Source: a virus | Lineage: Duplodnaviria; Caudoviricetes | Virus record (IMG/VR): IMGVR_UViG_3300035180_001680 | Reading direction: 5' to 3' (one strand) | Length of the DNA stretch: 64,000 nt | Shown here: positions 10,816 to 17,065 of the stretch, in pieces | Layout of the letters: the number at the start of each line of letters is the position of its first letter | How positions within the stretch are numbered: position 1 is the first letter of the stretch | The notes under the pieces: generated by a model | Databases searched by the model: none | What the model was told of the DNA's origin: nothing | The model's input: only the letters and a program-made list of their open reading frames with translations | Program-made: the position numbers and the translations under genes

Positions 10816-11585
10816 TTCGAAAGTCCTTTGATGAATTCGTTGTATTTTTTAGCCCACTGTGGATCTTTTGCAATAGCAGGTTCTCCTTCAGGCCATCTTC
10901 CTTTGATGACATCACGAACATACAAAAAAGCCAACTCTGGATTTTTTGCAATAACAGGTTCTGCTTCATGCCATCTTCCTTTGATGACATAACGAGCATA
11001 CGCATAAGCATACTCTGGAACTTTTGCAATAGCAGGTTCTCCTTTAGGAAACCTTCCTTTGATAACATTATGAGCATACAAATAAGCCAACTCTGGATCT
11101 TTTGCAAAGACATATTCTCCTTTAGGAAATCTTTCTTTAATGACATCTTCAGCATACTCATAAGCCCACTGTGGATTTTTTGCAATAGCAGGTTCTCCTT
11201 CAGGCCATCTTCCTTTGATGACACCACGAGCATACCAATAAGCATACTTTGGATCTTTTGCAATAGCAGGTTCTCCTTCAGGCCATCTTCCTTTGATGAC
11301 ATAATGATACTCATAAGCCCACTTTGGATCTTTTGCAATAACAGGTTCTGCTTCAGGCCATCTTCCTTTGATGACATTACAAGCATACTCATAAGCCCAC
11401 CGTGGATCTGTTGCAACAACAGATTCTGCTTCTTTCTTTTGTTGTGCATTCAGTTTTCCACTCTCTAGTGCCCCATAGGCCATCTCAGGCGTAGCCATGT
11501 GTTTTTTATCATATCCATGCAATTTTTCTGGATTTGAGTGGTATTTGTATAAATCCATTGCTTCAAATAAGTCACGTAATTTCAT
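10812..11585 (-). CDS. 26-aa repeat protein, 257 aa, 7 repeats (one lacks a codon)
   Basis: ORF track; AYEY-HYVIKG lacks the conserved Ala (3-nt deletion at about 11306/11307). Confidence 0.92.
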   Translation of the reverse strand: MKLRDLFEAMDLYKYHSNPEKLHGYDKKHMATPEMAYGALESGKLNAQQKKEAESVVATDPRWAYEYACNVIKGRWPEAEPVIAKDPKWAYEYHYVIKGRWPEGEPAIAKDPKYAYWYARGVIKGRWPEGEPAIAKNPQWAYEYAEDVIKERFPKGEYVFAKDPELAYLYAHNVIKGRFPKGEPAIAKVPEYAYAYARYVIKGRWHEAEPVIAKNPELAFLYVRDVIKGRWPEGEPAIAKDPQWAKKYNEFIKGLSK

Positions 11586-12358
11586 TTTGAAATTCCTTTG
11601 ATGAATTGGTTATACTGTTTAGCATATGTTGGGTCTTTTGCAATAACAGGTTCTGCTTCAGGAAATCTTCCTTTGATGACATCACGAGCATACTCATAAG
11701 CCCACCGTGGATCTTTTGCAATAGCAGGTTCTCCTTCAGGCCATCTTCCTTTAATGACAGAACGAGCATAGTATAAAGCCCAATCTGCTTTTTTTGCAAT
11801 AACAGGTTCTCCTTCAGACCATCTTCCTTTGATGACATCACGAGCATAACCATAAGCCCAATCTGGATCTTTTGCAATAGCAGGTTCTCCTTTAGGCCAT
11901 CTTCCTTTGATGATATTACGAGCATACTCATAAGCCCACTGTGGACCTGTTGCAATAGCAGGTTCTCCTTTAGGCCATCTTCCTTTGATGACATCACGAG
12001 CATACCAATAAGCCAACCGTGGATCTTTTGCAATAACAGGTTCTGCTTCAGGCCATCTTCCTTTGATGGCATCGCGAGCATACCAATAAGCCAACTCTGG
12101 ATCTTTTGCAATAACAGGTTCTGCTTCAGGCCATCTTCTTTTGATGACAGAACGAGCATACCAATGAGCATACTCTGGATCTGTTACAATAACAGATTCT
12201 GCTTCTTTCTTTTGTTGTGCGTTTAATTTTCTACTCTTTAGTGCTTTAAAAGCCATCTCAGGCGTAGCCATGTGCTTTTTATCAAACCCATGCAATTTTT
12301 CTGGGTTTGAATGATATTTGTATAAATCCATCGCTTCGAATAAGTCACGTAGTTTCAT
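11582..12358 (-). CDS. 26-aa repeat protein, 258 aa, 7 repeats
   Basis: ORF track; shared leader, repeats and cap. Confidence 0.93.
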   Translation of the reverse strand: MKLRDLFEAMDLYKYHSNPEKLHGFDKKHMATPEMAFKALKSRKLNAQQKKEAESVIVTDPEYAHWYARSVIKRRWPEAEPVIAKDPELAYWYARDAIKGRWPEAEPVIAKDPRLAYWYARDVIKGRWPKGEPAIATGPQWAYEYARNIIKGRWPKGEPAIAKDPDWAYGYARDVIKGRWSEGEPVIAKKADWALYYARSVIKGRWPEGEPAIAKDPRWAYEYARDVIKGRFPEAEPVIAKDPTYAKQYNQFIKGISK

Positions 12359-13209
12359 TTTGAAATTCCTTTGATGTATTGTTTATAATATTTAGCATAC
12401 TCTGGATGTTTTGCAATAACAGGTTCTCCTTCAGGAAATCTTCCTTTGATGACATCACGAGCATACCAATAAGCATACTCTGGATGTTTTGCAATAACAG
12501 GTTCTCCTTCAGGAAATCTTCCTTTGATGACATCACGAGCATACCAATATGCTGACCCTGACTCTTTTGCAATAGCAGGTTCTCCTTCAGTCCATCTTCC
12601 TTTAATTACAGAACGAGCATAATGTAAAGCCCACCGTGGATCTTTTGCAATAGCAGGTTCTGCTCCAGGCCATCTTCCTTTGATGACATAACAAGCATAC
12701 TCATAAGCCCACTCTAGATCTTTTACAATAGCAGGTTCTCCTTCAGGCCATCTTCCTTCGACGACATCGTGAGCGTACATATAAGCCATCCGTGGATCTT
12801 TTGCAATAACAGGTTCTGCTTTAGGCCATCTTCCCTTGATGACATCACGAGCATAAATATAAGCCCACTTTGGATCTTTTGCAATAACAGGTTCTGTTTT
12901 AGGCCATCTTCCTTTGATGACATAACGAGCATACCTATAAGCCCACTCTGGAACTTTTGCAAAGACAGATTCTCCTTCAGGCCATCTTCCTTTGATGACA
13001 TCACGAGCATAAATGTAAACCAACTCTGGATCTGTTGCAACAACAGATTCTGCTTCTTTTCTCTGTTGTGCGTTTAATTTTCCACCTTTTAATGCTTCAA
13101 AAGCCATCTCAGGAGTAGCCATGTGTTTTTTATCAAACCCATGCAATTTTTTTGGATTCGAGTGATATTTGTATAAATCCATTGCTTCGAATAAGTCGCG
13201 TAGTTTCAT
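12355..13209 (-). CDS. 26-aa repeat protein, 284 aa, 8 repeats
   Basis: ORF track; shared leader, repeats and cap. Confidence 0.93.
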   Translation of the reverse strand: MKLRDLFEAMDLYKYHSNPKKLHGFDKKHMATPEMAFEALKGGKLNAQQRKEAESVVATDPELVYIYARDVIKGRWPEGESVFAKVPEWAYRYARYVIKGRWPKTEPVIAKDPKWAYIYARDVIKGRWPKAEPVIAKDPRMAYMYAHDVVEGRWPEGEPAIVKDLEWAYEYACYVIKGRWPGAEPAIAKDPRWALHYARSVIKGRWTEGEPAIAKESGSAYWYARDVIKGRFPEGEPVIAKHPEYAYWYARDVIKGRFPEGEPVIAKHPEYAKYYKQYIKGISK

Positions 13210-13904
13210 TTCGAAAGTCCTTTGATGAATTCGTTGTATTTGTTAGCCCATTCTGGATCTTTTGCAATAGCAGGTTCTCCTTCAGGCCATCTTCCTTTAA
13301 TGACATGACGAGCATACACATAAGCCCACTTTGGATCTTTTGCAATAGCAGGTTCTGCTTCAGGAAATCTTTCTTTAATGACATAATAAGCATAATATGA
13401 AGCCGACTGTAGATCTTTTACAATAGCAGGTTCTCCTTCAGGCCATCTTCCTTTAATGACATGACGAGCATACAACCAAGCCCATTCTGGATCTTTTGCA
13501 ATAACAGGTTCTGCTTTAGTCCATCTTCCTTTAATGACATGATGAGCATACCAACAAGCCCACTCTGGATCTTTTGCAATAACAGGTTCTGCTTTAGGCC
13601 ATCTTCCTTTGATGACATAACGAGCATAACTATAAGCCCACTCTGAATCTTCTGCAATAACAGGTTCTACTTTAGGCCATCTTCCTTTGATGACATAACG
13701 AGCATACCTATAAGCCCATCGTGGATCTGTTGCAATAACAGACTCCGCTTCTTTTTTCTGTTGTGCGTTTAGTTTTCCACTCTTTAGTGCCTCATAGGCC
13801 ATCTCAAGAGTAATTATGTGCTTTTTATCATATCCAGGTAACGTCTCTGGATTCGAGTGATATTTGTATAAGTCCATTGCTTCAAATAAGTCACGTAATT
13901 TCAT
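13206..13904 (-). CDS. 26-aa repeat protein, 232 aa, 6 repeats
   Basis: ORF track; PETLPGYDKKHI leader variant. Confidence 0.93.
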   Translation of the reverse strand: MKLRDLFEAMDLYKYHSNPETLPGYDKKHIITLEMAYEALKSGKLNAQQKKEAESVIATDPRWAYRYARYVIKGRWPKVEPVIAEDSEWAYSYARYVIKGRWPKAEPVIAKDPEWACWYAHHVIKGRWTKAEPVIAKDPEWAWLYARHVIKGRWPEGEPAIVKDLQSASYYAYYVIKERFPEAEPAIAKDPKWAYVYARHVIKGRWPEGEPAIAKDPEWANKYNEFIKGLSK

Positions 13905-14521
13905 TTTGAAAGTCCTTTAATAAATTCGTTGTATTTGTTAGCCCACTGTGGATCTTTTGCAATAGCAGGTTCTCCTTTAGGAAACCTTCCTTTGATGACA
14001 TGACGAGCATACGCATAAGCCCAATATGCTTTTTTTGCAATAGCAGGTTCTGCTTCAGGCCATCTTCCTTTAATGACATAACGAGCATACCCACAAGCAT
14101 ACTCTGGATCTTTTGCAATAGCAGGTTCTCCTTTAGGAAACCTTCCTTTGATGACATTGAGAGCATACGCATAAGCCCAATATGCTTTTTTTGCAATAGC
14201 AGGTTCTGCTTCAGGCCATCTTCCTTTGATGACATCACGAGCATACGCATGAACCCACAGTAGATCTTTTGCAATAACAGGTTCCGCTTTAGGCCATCTT
14301 CCCTTAATGACATAATGAGCATACCAATAAGCCCACTGTGGATCTGTTGCAACAACAGACTCTGCTTCTTTTTTCTGTTGTGCGTTTAATTTTCCACCTT
14401 TTAATGCTCTAAAAGCCATCTCAGGCGTAGCTATGTGTTTTTTATCATATCCATGTAACTTCTCTGGGTTTGAATGATATTTGTATAAATCCATTGCTTC
14501 GAATAAGTCGCGCAATTTCAT
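13901..14521 (-). CDS. 26-aa repeat protein, 206 aa, 5 repeats (first gene of array)
   Basis: ORF track; starts 6 nt after the stop of 14528..16108. Confidence 0.93.
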   Translation of the reverse strand: MKLRDLFEAMDLYKYHSNPEKLHGYDKKHIATPEMAFRALKGGKLNAQQKKEAESVVATDPQWAYWYAHYVIKGRWPKAEPVIAKDLLWVHAYARDVIKGRWPEAEPAIAKKAYWAYAYALNVIKGRFPKGEPAIAKDPEYACGYARYVIKGRWPEAEPAIAKKAYWAYAYARHVIKGRFPKGEPAIAKDPQWANKYNEFIKGLSK

Positions 14522-14527
14522 TTTGAT

Positions 14528-16108
14528 TCACTTCTGTGACATGCTCATATATTTGTCTTTAATTATTTTTTCTAGGAACTTACTCCATTCTGGATATGAT
14601 GAAAGAAGTTTTATTTCTGTCTTGGTGATTTCTTGGTCTCGTTCGTTCATTAGCTGTCCTGATTCGTAATGAAATTGAAATTTACGTTGTCGACCCTGAG
14701 CGTCCTTCTCTGCTATTATAATCACGAAGAGTGGATCATTTTTAGAATAATAATCGAAGTTGCTTTTATTTACAGTACACCATTTTGTACCTGATGCATA
14801 ATAGCATGCTGCTTCGTGTGTCAGTAACCTCACAGCGAGGAACTTATCTGTTTTGATTAGCACTTCAACACCAGTCTGTTTGGTTTCTTTTTTAACGGAA
14901 CGATTACTTTTATGCTCTTTTGTTCCTTCAACTGCATCATACAATTGGTCCAAATTTGCAAATCTGTTTATGTCTTTTTGTTCTGGAGGCAACGAATTTT
15001 TCTTTTTGATAAACTCCGATAACGTATCCTTTATGCGTTCAACGTCCTCAACACGAAATTGTCTCAATGAATACATTCGTAAAATAAATGTTATAAAAGC
15101 TCCACGCTCTCCTGATGGGTCGGCTTGACTTAGTGTCGTGATGATGTGTTTGACATTTTGTGCCGGTTCGTGATCTTTTAATAAAGATTTCGCAGAACCA
15201 TCCTTGTCTGCTGCATCGAGTAATTTCGTTCCAAACTGTTTTGTTAATAATTCCATTTTTTGTTCAATACCTTCACTTAACAAAAATTGTAAAAGCGTTA
15301 TTTTTTTCATTTTATTTTCTTTCAACCGTGGATTTTCTTTTTTATGTGATAACACTTTTTCGTCACTTGTTGGCCACGAATATACATATTTCCCTGCAAA
15401 ATCTTTCACTAACATAAAAGTATATCCAAGAGTTTTGAAAATTTTAATATCAGCTGAGTAATCTGGAATTCTGTCATGAAAAATTAACTCTGCTTCTGTA
15501 TCACGACGCCCGTGATGTAGTACATAATTCGCGACTGCGTTAATTTCTTTATCTGTATTTGGTCCTTGACCCCCAAGACTTGCCAACACTTGGATGTCTT
15601 CTATTTTTGTATCAGTGAAAGGTTTAAAAACTGCGCGACCGATAGAGCGAATACCCGATGCCAAATAACCAGGTAGGTGTTTAACCATGTGCCACTCTGG
15701 GATGATTTTGTTGTCATTCGTAGATAATGCTTTCGACATTAATTTAGGTAAATTTTGTGGTGTAACAAGATCTGTTGATGGTTTTGTTTTAGGTGAGGAA
15801 GTTCTCCCCCCTGCATTTCTTGCAGCTTGTTCATCAGATATTTCATCTTGATGTGACAAATCTGCTTTGCTTAATTTTTTAGTAGCCTCGTGTGAAGACA
15901 AAGATCGTGTTTTGGCTGCTGTGGCTTCACGTGATGCTGTCTTCAATTTATTTGCAGACAGTTTTTCTTTTTCTTTTTCTTCTTTTGTTTTATATTCTTT
16001 TTTGTCAGTAGTAGATGGAAACTGATCCTGTTCATGGTCCAAACGAATTTGGTCAAATTTATCTTTTATTGATGAATGTGTTTTGGTATTAGTTTGTTGT
16101 TTTTTCAT
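14528..16108 (-). CDS. Two-part hypothetical protein; C-terminal half has a GTKWCT motif domain (PcfJ-like, tentative)
   Basis: 526-aa ORF; charged N-terminus, globular middle, internal start-like MKKITLLQFLLSE at 15310, and AACYYASGTKWCT...KFQFHYESGQLMNERD; family call from memory only. Confidence 0.75.
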   Translation of the reverse strand: MKKQQTNTKTHSSIKDKFDQIRLDHEQDQFPSTTDKKEYKTKEEKEKEKLSANKLKTASREATAAKTRSLSSHEATKKLSKADLSHQDEISDEQAARNAGGRTSSPKTKPSTDLVTPQNLPKLMSKALSTNDNKIIPEWHMVKHLPGYLASGIRSIGRAVFKPFTDTKIEDIQVLASLGGQGPNTDKEINAVANYVLHHGRRDTEAELIFHDRIPDYSADIKIFKTLGYTFMLVKDFAGKYVYSWPTSDEKVLSHKKENPRLKENKMKKITLLQFLLSEGIEQKMELLTKQFGTKLLDAADKDGSAKSLLKDHEPAQNVKHIITTLSQADPSGERGAFITFILRMYSLRQFRVEDVERIKDTLSEFIKKKNSLPPEQKDINRFANLDQLYDAVEGTKEHKSNRSVKKETKQTGVEVLIKTDKFLAVRLLTHEAACYYASGTKWCTVNKSNFDYYSKNDPLFVIIIAEKDAQGRQRKFQFHYESGQLMNERDQEITKTEIKLLSSYPEWSKFLEKIIKDKYMSMSQK

Positions 16109-16132
16109 GATAAACCCTCATAATATAAGATG

Positions 16133-16140
16133 TATTTATA
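16133..16140 (-). promoter_or_regulatory. T4-type late promoter TATAAATA heading the 526-aa gene and the array
   Basis: Exact TATAAATA on the minus strand, 24 nt upstream of the ATG at 16108; same motif precedes capsid and tail genes; gp55 homolog in window. Confidence 0.75.
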
Positions 16141-16529
16141 ACAAGATTGGTTTTGTTATCAATCTTACAGATAATATCAAAAGGGTGGTGTAAATGTGAA
16201 TACCTCACTCGTTCCAATTTGTTCTTTATCTGAAAAATCAGAGAGTGTGTAACGTTTTGATTATTGGTCAGGGACGAGAAATATTTCAGACAATTTCATT
16301 TAAATTTTGATTCAAGAGAAAACACAAATTCGTCCCAACCTACCTTGATCCACCTTGGAAGTTTTTCCAATCATGAGCAGAATGTTGATACTTTATTACA
16401 CCCTTCGAGTAAAGAGGGTAAATCGTGACATCGAGTTTTGAATGAATGTATAAGTGCAGTCGTTTGTGTTACCCCATCAGTTAAGTTATACACTTAAACA
16501 CAAAACATAGTTGGGGTCAACAATTATTT

Positions 16530-16925
16530 TCAAAATTCCACTAAATCGTTTAACATTTCTTCTTTTTTAATATCTTCTTCGCTTGTCCACTCTGGGATAA
16601 TCACTCCAATACTATCTTCTATCCATTTAGCAAGCACTCTCCTATGACAAAACTCTCCTGCACTTTCATAACAAAGCAGTCGAGTGTTATCCGGTAATGC
16701 ATCAACAATTTTTTGAGGATCATATTTACGAGATATCAAAAGATTGATATATCTGGTGGAATATTCTTCTTCAGTAATAATTCCACGTTTTATACCTGTT
16801 ACAAGTTCCCATGTTGGAGCGAGTTGTGGTAAACACTTCCCTTCATACCAATCAGGTGGTTTAACGCTGATTGCATACGAAAGAGAGTATTTTCCAGAAC
16901 GAGTGTAGTTAGATGTGTAAATCAA
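16530..16925 (-). CDS. DUF488-family protein
   Basis: IYTSNY...AISVKPPDWY...LAP...LLCYE...FCHRRVLA motif pattern; TTG start. Confidence 0.7.
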   Translation of the reverse strand: MIYTSNYTRSGKYSLSYAISVKPPDWYEGKCLPQLAPTWELVTGIKRGIITEEEYSTRYINLLISRKYDPQKIVDALPDNTRLLCYESAGEFCHRRVLAKWIEDSIGVIIPEWTSEEDIKKEEMLNDLVEF

Positions 16926-17065
16926 CGTTTTATTTGTAATCTGTTTGAGATTTTAAGAAATCAACATATAATTTGGGTGGTGCTACTTCTTTCCAAATTT
17001 CAGAACAATTGGTTGTTTAAGTTGTTGTAATTTGCTTGTTGATATAATCGTTTAACTTTCCTTAA

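Larger units (their letters stand above)
1..14521 (-). repeat. Tandem array of >=21 paralogous repeat-protein genes (78-nt internal repeat nested in 543-1089-nt gene units)
   Basis: 20 complete units plus one partial share the same leader and cap; intact lengths 180/206/232/258/284/362 aa = 76 + 26n (one copy is 257 aa, one is frameshifted); 121 full repeats in the 20 complete units; consecutive ORFs overlap by 4 nt. Confidence 0.98.

Noticed and set aside
213-14263. Many plus-strand ORFs up to 326 aa (IFCNNRFCFRPSSFDDITSI repeats) antisense to the array
   Set aside because: Shadow of the 78-nt repeat; starts and ends differ between units, stops appear in many copies, and there is no SD or promoter context.
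535-14355. Alternative-frame minus-strand ORFs (MLVMSSKEDGLKQNLLLQKIQ repeats)
   Set aside because: The consensus codons happen to lack stops in that frame; the frame is broken at different places in different paralogs, so it is not conserved.
505-14495. TATAAATC/TATAAATT on the plus strand in the leader of most array units, as antisense late promoters
   Set aside because: It is the reverse complement of the conserved D/N-L-Y codons and mismatches the TAAATA core; protein constraint explains it.
1-14521. CRISPR array interpretation of the periodic repeats
   Set aside because: The period is 78 nt, in frame, inside long ORFs; there is no constant-repeat/unique-spacer structure and no cas genes in the window.
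1-16108. Diversity-generating retroelement as the source of variation
   Set aside because: No reverse transcriptase or non-coding template repeat in the window, and substitutions are not adenine-specific (for example TGG/GAG/TAT at one site). An RT elsewhere in the genome cannot be excluded.
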